Source: Candidatus Woesearchaeota archaeon (GTDB lineage: Archaea > Nanobdellota > Nanobdellia > Woesearchaeales > JACPBO01). Taken from it: DNA of 64,000 nucleotides. Both the position numbers and the translations under genes were made by a program. The stretch's first letter is position 1. Each line of letters begins with the position of its first letter. The stretch lies in contig JAUSCS010000009.1 in the NCBI GenBank assembly GCA_030651135.1, positions 22,844-86,843 of the forward strand, given 5' to 3'. Below, piece after piece: positions 19,248 through 28,925 of this stretch. The notes below the pieces were generated by a model, which ran no database searches, had not been told where the DNA came from, and saw only the letters and a list, made by a program, of their open reading frames with translations.

Positions 19248-19988
19248 TTATATTAAACTAACTAAATTGTATATGTCCTTCTGAGTAAACAAGAATGTGC
19301 TTTGTTTCTTTTTTGGAGAAATTTTAGATCCTATGTTGTTTTCTCTGGCAATATCACAAAGCCTTTGATTAGTTATTTTCACTTCTGGCTTTATTAAGGA
19401 TAATGATTTGATTACTTTCTCCGAATTAAATAGCGGTTTGCCCTTTCTATTTCCTATATATTCCAACCACGAATCAAGCAGGATAAATCTAACTCCGTTT
19501 TTAGCCCTGTTCTTTTTTGGCTCATAACCGACAAGGTAGCGTTCAGAAACTAAATAGTAGATGACATTTTTGCAGCTTATTCCCAACCTGGCTAATACCT
19601 CTCCCATGAGTAAAACCTCATTTTCTTTTCCATCCAGATCATATACATCGATATACCTTTTTCTCTCGTGTGAATAAAACCACAGGGCAGGTTCAATTAG
19701 TTCAGTTAGCCTTTGATCATTCTTAGAGAACTCAAACAGTGTAGGTAACCTTTCAATTTCTACTTCCTCTCTTTGAAGCACATACATTTTTTTAATGAAA
19801 GAATCAAGTAATCTTCTCCCTTTAATCCCCTTTACAAGACGTGCTGTGTCTTCTACGCTGACGTAAAGCTCTTTACTTTTTCTTACGAATCCAACTAAAC
19901 CCATGTTAGCATATTTTCTTAACGTACAGCGCTCTAGACCAAAACGCTCTGCGACATCCTTGCTTGGTTGGTAGTTAGTATCATCCAT
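19248..19988 (-). CDS. Hypothetical DNA-binding protein (N-terminal MerR/excisionase-like HTH)
   Basis: The N-terminus VAERFGLERCTLRKYANMGL resembles an HTH. The rest is unknown. Confidence 0.3.
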   Translation of the reverse strand: MDDTNYQPSKDVAERFGLERCTLRKYANMGLVGFVRKSKELYVSVEDTARLVKGIKGRRLLDSFIKKMYVLQREEVEIERLPTLFEFSKNDQRLTELIEPALWFYSHERKRYIDVYDLDGKENEVLLMGEVLARLGISCKNVIYYLVSERYLVGYEPKKNRAKNGVRFILLDSWLEYIGNRKGKPLFNSEKVIKSLSLIKPEVKITNQRLCDIARENNIGSKISPKKKQSTFLFTQKDIYNLVSLI

Positions 19989-20047
19989 GCAACTATGAAA
20001 AAAACAACTTATTTAAAAACCTTTCTATATTTACTACTTAAGAGATG

Positions 20048-21775
20048 TTATAAGTTTTTAACCATATACAGCCCTTCTTTTTTATAGCCTAATCTTCTGT
20101 AATAATTCCTTGCGCCGATCCCTGAAATCACAACAATCCTGTTTTTGTAATATGTCTTTGCGATCTCTTCCGCCGTTTTCAATAATTCTTTTCCCAGGCC
20201 GCGGTGCTGTATTGCGCCTTTTTTGCCAATAGCAGCTGCCTCGCCATAGACATGCAGCTCTCTTATTAAAGCAGAATCCTCTGTTATCTCTTTTCTTAAA
20301 AACTGCGAAGGGAATCTTAAGCGGCAGAATCCGAACAAAATCTTGTTTTTGAAATCCTCTGCAGAGATAAAGAATTCTGTGCCTTTTGATGCTTCATAAT
20401 AAATTGATTTTATTTCTATGCTTTTCATGATTTTCTTGATATTTTTGCCTTTTAAATAATTCCCAGCTTCCCTGCACCGTATGCAATTGCATTTTATTTT
20501 CTTGTCTTTCATTATTTTTTCAACATACTGCCTTAAGTTGGTTTTATCAACACCTGCTTCAGTGGCATAAGTCGGGATGTCTCTCTGTATTCTCATTATC
20601 CTCGCATAAGAAGGAACGCATTTCTTGAACTCTGCAATCAGATGCGCAGCTTTTTCAGTTGTTAATGGCTTATACTCCTTTTTTTTGTACATACCATATA
20701 ATTTAGTTCCTTTCAGAACCATGCAGGGATAGATTTTGAGCATATCAGGCCTGAAATCCTGATTTTCAAAAAGCTCTTTTAATGCCTCTAAATCCTTTTT
20801 ATATGAAACTCCGGGCAGGCCGGGCATGACGTGATAATTTATCTTGAAACCCAGGTCTTTTAAAATTCTTGTTGATTCGATTGCATCTTTTATTGTATGG
20901 CCTCTTTCAATTTTCTTCAGAACATCATCATAAACTGTCTGGACGCCAAGCTCAACCCTTGTTGCCCCCAATCTCAGCATTTCATTCCCCTGCTTTAATC
21001 TTCCGTAATCCGGCCTTGTTTCCATTGTCAGGCCAACGCATTTGATATTTGAATTTTCATTTCTTTTTTGCTCTTTTTCAAGCGCTATGCTTTTTATTTT
21101 ATTTTTCATAACTGATAATTTTTTCTGGATTCTTTTTGTCCTTTCTTTATCTTTCACTTCTGCAGGCAATTCGAAGAAATCTTTAAATTTCAAAATGTTA
21201 AATTCTTTATTTTTTTCAAAAAACAAATCAGAAAAATCATTCATTGCCTTAAACGCGTATTTGATGAAATTCTCCTGGTATTTTTTCGGAAAGCTTGGAA
21301 AAGTTCCGCCCATTATGATCAGCTCGATCTTTCCCGGGAAATGGCCGAGAACAATGTACTGCTCCAGCCTGTTGAACACCTGAAGATAAGGGTCATAGTT
21401 ATTCCTCATTGCCCTTAATGTTGCAGGCTCTTTTCCTGTGTAGGACTGAGGAACTGTGCCGAAATAGCTCTTTATCCCGCCGGGGCAGTATATGCATTTT
21501 CCATGAGGGCATTTAAACGGCTTAGTCATAATTGCACAAACAGCAACTCCGCTTATTGTTCTGGTTGGCTTTGTCTGCAGGTATTTTTTTATTTTTGGAA
21601 GATCCGCTTTAGAAGCGTGCATTAAGATCTGTATATCTGTAGGAATAACCTTCATCTGGTGTTGTTTAGAGAGCTTTATCTTTACATTATTCAGCCTGTT
21701 CTTGCTGATCTTTTGTTTTTTTATGGTTTCAATTATTTCTTTGAAAAAGCCTTCCATAGAAATAAGAAGGTGCAT
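20048..21775 (-). CDS. elp3: Elongator subunit Elp3 homolog (radical SAM plus GNAT; tRNA U34 modification)
   Basis: The radical-SAM cluster CPHGKCIYCPGG (Cx4Cx2C, as in Elp3) and a C-terminal GNAT motif (RGLGKELL). 575 aa. Confidence 0.85.
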   Translation of the reverse strand: MHLLISMEGFFKEIIETIKKQKISKNRLNNVKIKLSKQHQMKVIPTDIQILMHASKADLPKIKKYLQTKPTRTISGVAVCAIMTKPFKCPHGKCIYCPGGIKSYFGTVPQSYTGKEPATLRAMRNNYDPYLQVFNRLEQYIVLGHFPGKIELIIMGGTFPSFPKKYQENFIKYAFKAMNDFSDLFFEKNKEFNILKFKDFFELPAEVKDKERTKRIQKKLSVMKNKIKSIALEKEQKRNENSNIKCVGLTMETRPDYGRLKQGNEMLRLGATRVELGVQTVYDDVLKKIERGHTIKDAIESTRILKDLGFKINYHVMPGLPGVSYKKDLEALKELFENQDFRPDMLKIYPCMVLKGTKLYGMYKKKEYKPLTTEKAAHLIAEFKKCVPSYARIMRIQRDIPTYATEAGVDKTNLRQYVEKIMKDKKIKCNCIRCREAGNYLKGKNIKKIMKSIEIKSIYYEASKGTEFFISAEDFKNKILFGFCRLRFPSQFLRKEITEDSALIRELHVYGEAAAIGKKGAIQHRGLGKELLKTAEEIAKTYYKNRIVVISGIGARNYYRRLGYKKEGLYMVKNL

Positions 21776-21871
21776 TTATTTTATAAAGCTATTGAAAACT
21801 TCATTTATTGCAGAAACAGAATAAAGCAAATAATATGCGCATATCATCAAGACAAATGCCTTTATTGGTAT

Positions 21872-21944
21872 AAGACAGGTGTCTTGATAAAAATCGAAAG
21901 ATTTATAAAGTCAGGTGTCTTAATAGTAATGAGACAGATGACTT
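21872..21944. promoter_or_regulatory. Three repeat operators (AAGACAGGTGTCTT, AAGTCAGGTGTCTT, GAGACAGATGACTT) upstream of the HEPN-MNT operon
   Basis: The first copy is a perfect palindrome AAGACA-GG-TGTCTT. The copies sit at 21872, 21908 and 21931. A TTTATAAAG TATA box lies at 21902-21910 between copies 1 and 2. The ATG is at 21948. Confidence 0.5.
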
Positions 21945-21947
21945 AAA

Positions 21948-22358
21948 ATGAAAGAAGAGAAGCACGATGAAACTTTAAAGGAAGTTTTAGATGAGATAGA
22001 GGCGGCGCTCAAAGACCCAAGGGGATTATTAGCGCATCAAAGGAGACTGGCTTTTTCGCTTTCTTTGGGAGCAACGAATCTCTTAGAACTTCATTTTCAT
22101 AAGCTCAGTATCATAAAAGAAGGATCGAAAATTAATCATTTATGGTTCAAAAAGAAAAAAGAAAAGGTTCTGGGGTATCTGCAGAAACAGATAATTTCAC
22201 CAATAAATTCTGTGCAGGACATAGATAAGGTTATTGAAATGGCCATCAAGATAGAAGAAAAAAGAGATGACCTGGCTTATGGCGCTCCTGCAACGGAGAG
22301 GGCATTGCAGGAAAAAATAAATCTGTTTTTCGAATTTAAAAAGATGTTAAAATGTTAA
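21948..22358 (+). CDS. HEPN-like protein, partner of the downstream MNT
   Basis: Small all-helical protein placed immediately before and overlapping a minimal nucleotidyltransferase. Three repeat operators lie upstream. Confidence 0.4.
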   Translation: MKEEKHDETLKEVLDEIEAALKDPRGLLAHQRRLAFSLSLGATNLLELHFHKLSIIKEGSKINHLWFKKKKEKVLGYLQKQIISPINSVQDIDKVIEMAIKIEEKRDDLAYGAPATERALQEKINLFFEFKKMLKC

Positions 22359-22951
22359 AGGCATACTCAGGATATTTTGCAGCATACCTGCTGAATAATT
22401 TGAAAAATACAGAAAATATAGAAAGGATCATACTTTATGGCTCTGTTGCAAAAGAAGAGGCCACGAAAGAGAGCGATATTGATATTTTTATTGAAGTTAA
22501 AAAAAAGACAGAAAAAATTGAGAAAGAATTAAAAGAAGCAGAAAAAAGATTTTATCAGAGCAGGGATGCTGCTTTATTCAAATCAAAAGGCGCAGATAAT
22601 AAATTTAATATTAAGATAGGAAAATTAAAAGACTGGAAAGAATTATACAGGAGCATAGCCTCCACCGGGATTGTCTTATACGGCCCATATGAAATAAAAG
22701 AAATTCCCTCCGGGGTTAAGCATTCCGTCATTGTTTTCTGGCAGAAAATAGGAAAAAACAGAGGAGCCTTTCTTAATAAATTATACGGCTTCAAAATCAA
22801 AGGCAAACATTATGCCGGCCTGATTTCAAAATTTGACGGAAAAAAACTTGGAAAAAGTTGTGTAATGTTTCCAATACAATATAAAGAAGATATATTCAGA
22901 TTATTAAAAGGATATGAAGTAATAGCGAAAATGATAGAGGTTTTTAGTTAG
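22352..22951 (+). CDS. Minimal nucleotidyltransferase (Pol-beta superfamily, MNT)
   Basis: LYGSVAKEEATKESDIDIFIEV matches the GS...DxD NTase signature. Overlaps the upstream gene by 7 nt. Confidence 0.6.
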   Translation: MLKAYSGYFAAYLLNNLKNTENIERIILYGSVAKEEATKESDIDIFIEVKKKTEKIEKELKEAEKRFYQSRDAALFKSKGADNKFNIKIGKLKDWKELYRSIASTGIVLYGPYEIKEIPSGVKHSVIVFWQKIGKNRGAFLNKLYGFKIKGKHYAGLISKFDGKKLGKSCVMFPIQYKEDIFRLLKGYEVIAKMIEVFS

Positions 22952-22963
22952 AGTTCTATTAAA

Positions 22964-23980
22964 TCATAGAGCTTGCTTAAATTGTGGATAGCACCCAGGA
23001 TAATAGTCCAGCTTGTCCTCATTCATCACAATAACGAAGTCATAGTGCTTGATTATATCTGAGAATTTGTCCCTTATATCCAGCATAATATTATGGAATG
23101 CGTTGAAATCATCTATTTCAAAATCCAGTTCAATATCCCATTCACCAATGCAGTTTATAATATATGTTAGATTCTTTAAATAATTGCAGTGCTGGAAGAA
23201 CTGGCTGTATTTTTGTTTTGTTAAGCTCCTGAACTTTATCAGTGCCTTGCAGTAAATCCAGTTGAATTTATTTAAGTTTAAGAATACCCTGTGGATCAAA
23301 ATAATATTCTCTTTTTTCAAATTTTTAATCCTGTAATTCACGATTCTTGGCGTGGTTTTCAGCCTCTGCGCAATTTCTATTATCGGCATTCTCGCATTAT
23401 TGACAAGGATTTTTATGATCTCCTCATCCACGGGATCTATTTTTAAATCATCTTTTTTGCCTCCCTGAAAAACAGCAGGGAAAGGCTCTTTATTTTCCAA
23501 AAGGTATTCCTTTCTCCAGTGAGGAACTCCTGTGCTGATTGAAGTTTCCCTTAAGCTTATGTGCTGGCTGAATTTTTCATCCAGTTCTTTTATCGCTTCA
23601 TTAAACTCATAAACATCTTTAACTATATACCCTGCAATTATATCAAATTTCCCGGAGCAGGTGGCAATCCATTCTGTCTTTTTATGCTGCTTTAAGAACC
23701 CGATAATTTCGCTTATTGTCTTTTTATCTGCGTTTTCAAGCGAAAGGTATATTTTATACTTTGAAAAGCCGAGCTTGTAAGTATCGATCACAGTAGAGAA
23801 TCTTGTGATGATGTTATCTTTTAAGAGTTTTTTAATCCTGTAATCCACAACCTGCTTGCTTAATCCTACTTTCTTGCCTATTTCTGAATCTGCCTGCCTG
23901 CAATTAACATCAAGCTGGTACAATATCTTTCGATCCTTCAGATCAAGGAATTCTGAGAGCATATTATGATATAATGACAA
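22964..23980 (-). CDS. Transcription regulator with two Lrp/AsnC-type HTH modules
   Basis: ILYQLDVNCRQADSEIGKKVGLSKQVVDYRIKKL, with a second HTH near residue 190 (IIKILVNNARMPIIEIAQRL). Divergent from the radical-SAM gene. Confidence 0.5.
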   Translation of the reverse strand: MSLYHNMLSEFLDLKDRKILYQLDVNCRQADSEIGKKVGLSKQVVDYRIKKLLKDNIITRFSTVIDTYKLGFSKYKIYLSLENADKKTISEIIGFLKQHKKTEWIATCSGKFDIIAGYIVKDVYEFNEAIKELDEKFSQHISLRETSISTGVPHWRKEYLLENKEPFPAVFQGGKKDDLKIDPVDEEIIKILVNNARMPIIEIAQRLKTTPRIVNYRIKNLKKENIILIHRVFLNLNKFNWIYCKALIKFRSLTKQKYSQFFQHCNYLKNLTYIINCIGEWDIELDFEIDDFNAFHNIMLDIRDKFSDIIKHYDFVIVMNEDKLDYYPGCYPQFKQAL

Positions 23981-24067
23981 TTAGTTTATAAATTTTGTTA
24001 TTTTGACAAAAAAATCAATAGAACATTTTAATTATCTATCAAGTTATTACTGTAATGTGATAAAATA

Positions 24068-25996
24068 ATGGCAAAACAAAAAAACTACAAAATCGCATTG
24101 TTTAGCTTACCTCCTTACCAGCCTGTTTATATGCACCCTGCAGTTCCTTATTTAACAGGTTATCTTAAAAAATATTTGCCTGATGTTGAAGTTGTTCAAA
24201 AAGATCTTAATACAGGCTCTTTGGATTATTTTTTAGGATCTACCCCGAAGTTCATGAGAAATATTGCTTCGTACAGGGATTTTCAGGGGCATAAACAAGC
24301 AAGAAGAGAACTATCTGCCAGAATAGAGCACGCAACAGAAGGAAGATTACATATTGTAAGAAACACTGTCAATTACGACTTAGCCCAAACAGGAGAGGAT
24401 TACAAATCTAGAACTGGATTGCTTCAAGTTGCTCAACAAAAAGAAAGAAACTTATTTTATGAATATTTCAGAACTGAAGTTCTTCCATCTTTAGAGGGAG
24501 TTAATCTTGTTGGTCTGTCTGTTAGCGACCAGAAACAATTGGTTCCTACAATGGTTTTAGCTTCTGTGATTAAAGAACAGTATCCTGATACCAAAGTTGT
24601 TATTGGTGGAAATATAATCACAAGAAATTACGATGTTCTTTCACAGGATAATGAATTGAATAGAAGGTTATTTGATCATTTTGATTATTTGGTTCATCAT
24701 GAAGGAGAAGTTGCAATTAAAGAATTAGTAGAAAGATTAAAAGAAGGTAAGGCTGTAGAAGGTGTCCCTAAACTTATTTACAGAGATGGTGGAAGAATCA
24801 AAGAAAATCTTCGGTTTGTTGTTGAAAATGTTAATGCCATTCCTGCACCAGATCTCGATGATTTAGTTGCTCAAGGAAACCATTGGACTCCTGAATTAGT
24901 AATTCCATATTTGATTGGAAGAGGTTGTGATTGGGGAGGTTGTAATTTCTGCGATATCCCTGCGGGTTATGATGGTTCTAGAACAAGAATGGAAAAAGTG
25001 ACAGGCAAGAAATTTGAAGTGGAAGGCAGTACTGGAAAAAGAAGAGTCCAAGATTTGGATAAGGTTATTGAAGACCTTCGAGACCTAAAAGAAAGATATA
25101 GCACAAAGTATTTTAGTTTTGGGGATGAAGAATTGGCTGGAGATTCATTAAGAGATTTTGTTGATAAAATTTTAGAATCTGATTTAGATATAGAATGGGA
25201 ATGTTATGGAAGGATTGAAGATATTTATTTAGATAAAGACTTTTGCAAAAGATTAAGAGAGGCCGGATGTAGATTTATACAGTTCGGTATTGAATCTGCC
25301 AGCCAAAAAGTTCTGGACACAAGTAATAAAGGCTACAAATCCGGATTGACTGGAAGAGTTTTGAGAAATACATATGAAACCGGGATTATGAATCATGCCT
25401 TTATTCTAATTGGATTGCCAGATGACAGTATAATTGAGGCATCTCGGCTAATTACTTTCTTAGAAGAAACTGCTCAATACATTACTACTATGAAGCCAAT
25501 AATGTATAAAGTTTCAAAATGGTCTCCTATGGCATTGAAGCCAGAAACTTTTGGACTAATGCTAGATAAAGAAAATACTCCAGACCTTGAACAAAGAATA
25601 AGTGTAGAAAAAGATTCCGGGATGATGAGCAGGCATAAAGCAGGAGCATTTGTTAGATTATTAGAATTATGGGTTGCACAACATCATAAAGTGAATCCTG
25701 CAACAAGCGAATATATGTTTGCCCAGAGACTGTTTCTTTCACGAGACGAATTGGAAGAATTTGGGAGAAGCGTTGATTACCAAGTTGAACTCGGATCCAA
25801 TGATTTAAAAGCAATAAAACGAGTATTTCACGGATTAGTTCAGGAATTAAAAACAAAAGCGTACGATGGTGCTGTAAATAGAGATATAAGAATAGAATAT
25901 GAACAGATGTATTTGGAATTGAAAGATCAAAGAGCGCCTGAAAACTTAGAGGAGATTATTTCTTTATTAAGAAAAACAGCTTCAGTGAATTACTAA
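24068..25996 (+). CDS. Radical-SAM enzyme with N-terminal B12-binding-like domain and Cx4Cx2C cluster
   Basis: The N-terminal roughly 250 aa are Rossmann-like. GRGCDWGGCNFCDIPAG carries three Cys spaced Cx4Cx2C. There is a C-terminal extension of about 200 aa. Confidence 0.55.
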   Translation: MAKQKNYKIALFSLPPYQPVYMHPAVPYLTGYLKKYLPDVEVVQKDLNTGSLDYFLGSTPKFMRNIASYRDFQGHKQARRELSARIEHATEGRLHIVRNTVNYDLAQTGEDYKSRTGLLQVAQQKERNLFYEYFRTEVLPSLEGVNLVGLSVSDQKQLVPTMVLASVIKEQYPDTKVVIGGNIITRNYDVLSQDNELNRRLFDHFDYLVHHEGEVAIKELVERLKEGKAVEGVPKLIYRDGGRIKENLRFVVENVNAIPAPDLDDLVAQGNHWTPELVIPYLIGRGCDWGGCNFCDIPAGYDGSRTRMEKVTGKKFEVEGSTGKRRVQDLDKVIEDLRDLKERYSTKYFSFGDEELAGDSLRDFVDKILESDLDIEWECYGRIEDIYLDKDFCKRLREAGCRFIQFGIESASQKVLDTSNKGYKSGLTGRVLRNTYETGIMNHAFILIGLPDDSIIEASRLITFLEETAQYITTMKPIMYKVSKWSPMALKPETFGLMLDKENTPDLEQRISVEKDSGMMSRHKAGAFVRLLELWVAQHHKVNPATSEYMFAQRLFLSRDELEEFGRSVDYQVELGSNDLKAIKRVFHGLVQELKTKAYDGAVNRDIRIEYEQMYLELKDQRAPENLEEIISLLRKTASVNY

Positions 25997-26017
25997 GAAT
26001 TATGGCCGATCCTAACA

Positions 26018-26490
26018 CTAAACTGTTACATTAGCAATCTTCATCTTCACAAACTTATTTATCTCCAGATAAAGCGCTCCGGCTCCTGACATGAGGATCA
26101 GCAGCAGGAATTCGTAAATGCTCAATGCGGTTGTATCAAATACATTCTGCAATGCCGGAATATAGACAACTGATATGACTGCCAGCAAAGAAACCAGCAC
26201 TGACAAAATGAGCCATTTGTTCTTGAAAAATCCGACTCTTGATAATGGATAATTCACAGACCTGCACGAAAATGCCTGGTAAAGCTCGAACATGGCAATC
26301 ACAATGAGCCTTCCATCTGCGGGTATTTTTGCGCCTGTTTCCAGAATTATTATATCGCCAGGTACAAGATTGATGGCATCTATTGCTTCGACTTCATTGT
26401 TTCTCAGAACACCTGCCTTTAAGGCTGAGCTTTTGAATTGATTCAGTAAAATCTCAAAAGGGCTGGTTCTTTTGCCTTCTTTAAGCTAGT
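26018..26490 (-). pseudogene. Decayed P-type cation ATPase: actuator-domain fragment fused to the last TM segments, with no start codon
   Basis: Read upstream of the 94-aa ORF in the same frame, the sequence gives ...VLRNNEVEAIDAINLVPGDIIILETGAKIPADGRLIVIAMFELYQAFSCRS.... This is an A-domain motif (PGDIv.l..GdkiPADgRl) joined directly to the C-terminal TM region of the same pump. The phosphorylation and nucleotide-binding domains are missing. Confidence 0.5.
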
Positions 26491-26598
26491 TAAGGCCTAT
26501 TGCTGCAGCCTTTTTGCAGCTTCCTCATTGCTTAAGCCTTTTCTTGAGCTGTTTAGGCTTTCAGAGTTTCACCAGCTGTTTTTTGATAATATTCCATC

Positions 26599-26922
26599 TT
26601 ATTCTTTTTTCTGCCATCTCAATGATTCTTTTTTTATTTCTTTCAGATTATTCAAGAAATGCTCTAAGCAGTCAATGCCGCAGAACGATGCCTTTTTCTT
26701 GAAGTCATCCGGGCCGAAGATCAAGGTATAGTTGCTTGTGGAGTACGGATCAAGCTCATTTGCGCAAACCTTGCATATTGTCTGATGCAGTTTTTCCCTT
26801 TCTTTTATTTTGTTTTCAACGAATTTTCTCAGGTGAAAGCCGCCTTCCTCAAGGTCTCTTTTTATCTTTTTTAATTCATCTTCATCAAGGTAATCTACCA
26901 CGTCCCTTAATCTTTTGTCCAT
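26599..26922 (-). CDS. Zinc-finger protein (CxxC...CxxxC)
   Basis: ICKVCANELD...CGIDCLEHF. Coupled to an upstream ribbon-helix-helix gene by an ATAATG overlap. Confidence 0.35.
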   Translation of the reverse strand: MDKRLRDVVDYLDEDELKKIKRDLEEGGFHLRKFVENKIKEREKLHQTICKVCANELDPYSTSNYTLIFGPDDFKKKASFCGIDCLEHFLNNLKEIKKESLRWQKKE

Positions 26923-26924
26923 TA

Positions 26925-27068
26925 TTTCACCTCGGTTTTTGAGAACAGCTTTATCTTGATATATGAAGAAACAGAGATCCCTAGCTTTTTTGCTTCCTCT
27001 TCAATTGCAGCCTTTTCATGGTCATTAAGGTAAACATGGACCATGTTGTTTCTGGTGTTTTTTTTCAT
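26925..27068 (-). CDS. Ribbon-helix-helix (CopG/Arc-like) small regulator
   Basis: My translation: MKKNTRNNMVHVYLNDHEKAAIEEEAKKLGISVSSYIKIKLFSKTEVK. A beta-strand then two helices, typical of RHH. Under 60 aa, so not in the track. Confidence 0.4.
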
Positions 27069-27081
27069 TGTGCGGGTTCTG

Positions 27082-27153
27082 TATTTAGTATTATTATAGT
27101 ATTATTTAGGTATTTATATAGTATTTTATCAGTATTAGTATTTAAAGATTGTG
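27082..27153. repeat. Degenerate AGTATTW tandem repeat tract in an intergenic region
   Basis: tgtatttagtattattatagtattatttaggtatttatatagtattttatcagtattagtattt contains at least seven GTATT cores. Confidence 0.5.
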
Positions 27154-27211
27154 ATTTTCTAATAAACAACATGAAGAAGTGTGTTTAGTCTAAAAATAAG
27201 ATATTCTGAGT

Positions 27212-28333
27212 TTACAACCCGCGACCCTTCATAAAGTATTTCGCATCACCGCCATCAACAAGCCTTGCTATCTTCTTTGTTTCGGTATCCACAATAAAGA
27301 TATGCCCGATAGGGAGATAAACAAGTATGTGCCTGTCGTCAGGAAGCCATGTTGGGTCACTATAACCACTATATCTATCACCTCTCCATTGGATGATAGT
27401 CTCTGTATAATTTGGATTGGCATACATCTTTTTCATCTTAGCACTCAAATCATGTTCTATGGCAGCGGGAGCATAAGAGCTCATTTTAATACTGCCTTCG
27501 TTTATGAAAATTACTTTTTTGTAATCATTGGAGGATTCATAACCATCCCCCATTCCAGATGTAAAATCTCGTTGATATAAAGATAAAGAAGCATTGTTAA
27601 TACAGGATTCGAAAGGGTCGTCTACGTATCCTTCTTCCCATGGCTTTTTCTGAGCATAACTACAAATTAAAACAGCCTTTTCAAATGAAAAGTCATATTC
27701 GAAAAATAAATCACGCCCATCGTTCTCTGAAAATATCCGTGAACCATAAACAAGAACTTTTTTGCCCTCTTTGTAAAAATAAGCATTTACTCCAACAGCT
27801 GCACTAAATCTTGAAATATCCTCTAATTCTTTTAATTCGGTAACTTGATTAGTATTAAGGTCTACGATATAAAAATATGGTTGGTCTAGTCCATTTATTT
27901 GACCATCAATGGAATGAAGTAATTTTGGATTATAATTACTATCTGTTTCAGTAGAAATAACAAACAACCAGTCTCCATCAGGTGAGAAACGTGATAAGCG
28001 TATCTTCTCACCTTTAGTTTGGAAAACAGAGGATGTTTCAGTACCATTCTCATTAGTTATATATATCTGTTTGCCTAAATGAATAGCAATCTGGTGTTTA
28101 GCAGGGTCAAGCATAAAATGGTCTACTAAACCATCAAATATTTTTTTGCTATTTGTTCGGTCGGCCTGTATTGAGTAGAGTCCATCTTGAGTAGCATAAA
28201 ATATTGTTACATTAGGAGCCCATGAAATTCTTTCTTCAAATTCTATAGGAAACTGTGAACTATTGCAGCCAGATAATAAAAGAACGTTTACTAATAAAAA
28301 CAGAGATAGTGTAATCCTTAATTTCAACTGCAT
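27212..28333 (-). CDS. Secreted lipoprotein with beta-propeller (PD40/TolB-like) repeats
   Basis: Signal peptide plus the lipobox LLSGCNSS, then repeated hydrophobic/aromatic-Gly-Asp blades. Confidence 0.45.
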   Translation of the reverse strand: MQLKLRITLSLFLLVNVLLLSGCNSSQFPIEFEERISWAPNVTIFYATQDGLYSIQADRTNSKKIFDGLVDHFMLDPAKHQIAIHLGKQIYITNENGTETSSVFQTKGEKIRLSRFSPDGDWLFVISTETDSNYNPKLLHSIDGQINGLDQPYFYIVDLNTNQVTELKELEDISRFSAAVGVNAYFYKEGKKVLVYGSRIFSENDGRDLFFEYDFSFEKAVLICSYAQKKPWEEGYVDDPFESCINNASLSLYQRDFTSGMGDGYESSNDYKKVIFINEGSIKMSSYAPAAIEHDLSAKMKKMYANPNYTETIIQWRGDRYSGYSDPTWLPDDRHILVYLPIGHIFIVDTETKKIARLVDGGDAKYFMKGRGL

Positions 28334-28380
28334 AAGATTTTTTAACGAGTATTCTCTATTTAAAACTTTTCTTTTATATC

Positions 28381-28551
28381 CTAGCTCTCAAACCTTCCCT
28401 TGACCTTGTATTTGTCTGATTTCAGGATCTCTTCAACTTCCTTGTCAAACGAGTTGTCAGGCTTGTTGAACAGCCAGTGGAAGACAAAGAACGAAACAAA
28501 CAGGACAACGGCGATTACAATGCCCTCTTTTGAGAATATTTCGATCATATT
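28381..28551 (-). CDS. Small single-TM protein (56 aa)
   Basis: My translation: MIEIFSKEGIVIAVVLFVSFFVFHWLFNKPDNSFDKEVEEILKSDKYKVKGRFES. Confidence 0.25.
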   Translation of the reverse strand, partial: NMIEIFSKEGIVIAVVLFVSFFVFHWLFNKPDNSFDKEVEEILKSDKYKVKGRFES

Positions 28552-28556
28552 AGCTG

Positions 28557-28925
28557 CTATATCTTTGGAATATATAAATTTTTTGCATATCTGACCTTTA
28601 CTTCCTCAAGATGGTGCATTGGCTTGCAGTCTTCAGCTGTTTTTTTGCTGAAAAAAGGATAATCCCTGCATGCCTTCGGCAGTATGTTATATATTTTGCA
28701 TGACGTTGTGCCGTCGGTATTTTTTACCAGGAAGACGCAGTCTCCGTTGATCAGCCTCATATAGCCTTCCTGATCCTTCCTGAACGGATGGTTCATGAGA
28801 AAATCAGCATGGCCTGCAGCCTCTATCTTGGTTATATCTGATTTATTCAGCCTGAAAAGAAGCCTGCAGCACTGTCCGCAGTTCTCGCATCTGAAGCTTT
28901 TCTGTGTAATCCTCTTTTTCGTCAT
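28557..28925 (-). CDS. YkgJ-family CxxCxxCC domain protein
   Basis: FRCENCGQCCRL matches the CxxCxxCC signature. Paralog of 12265-12774. Confidence 0.5.
   Translation of the reverse strand: MTKKRITQKSFRCENCGQCCRLLFRLNKSDITKIEAAGHADFLMNHPFRKDQEGYMRLINGDCVFLVKNTDGTTSCKIYNILPKACRDYPFFSKKTAEDCKPMHHLEEVKVRYAKNLYIPKI

Noticed and set aside
26514-26942. Plus-strand small ORFs (62, 67 and 68 aa) across the ATPase remnant and the zinc-finger gene
   Set aside because: They overlap minus-strand features that have better protein-like composition and lack ribosome-binding context.
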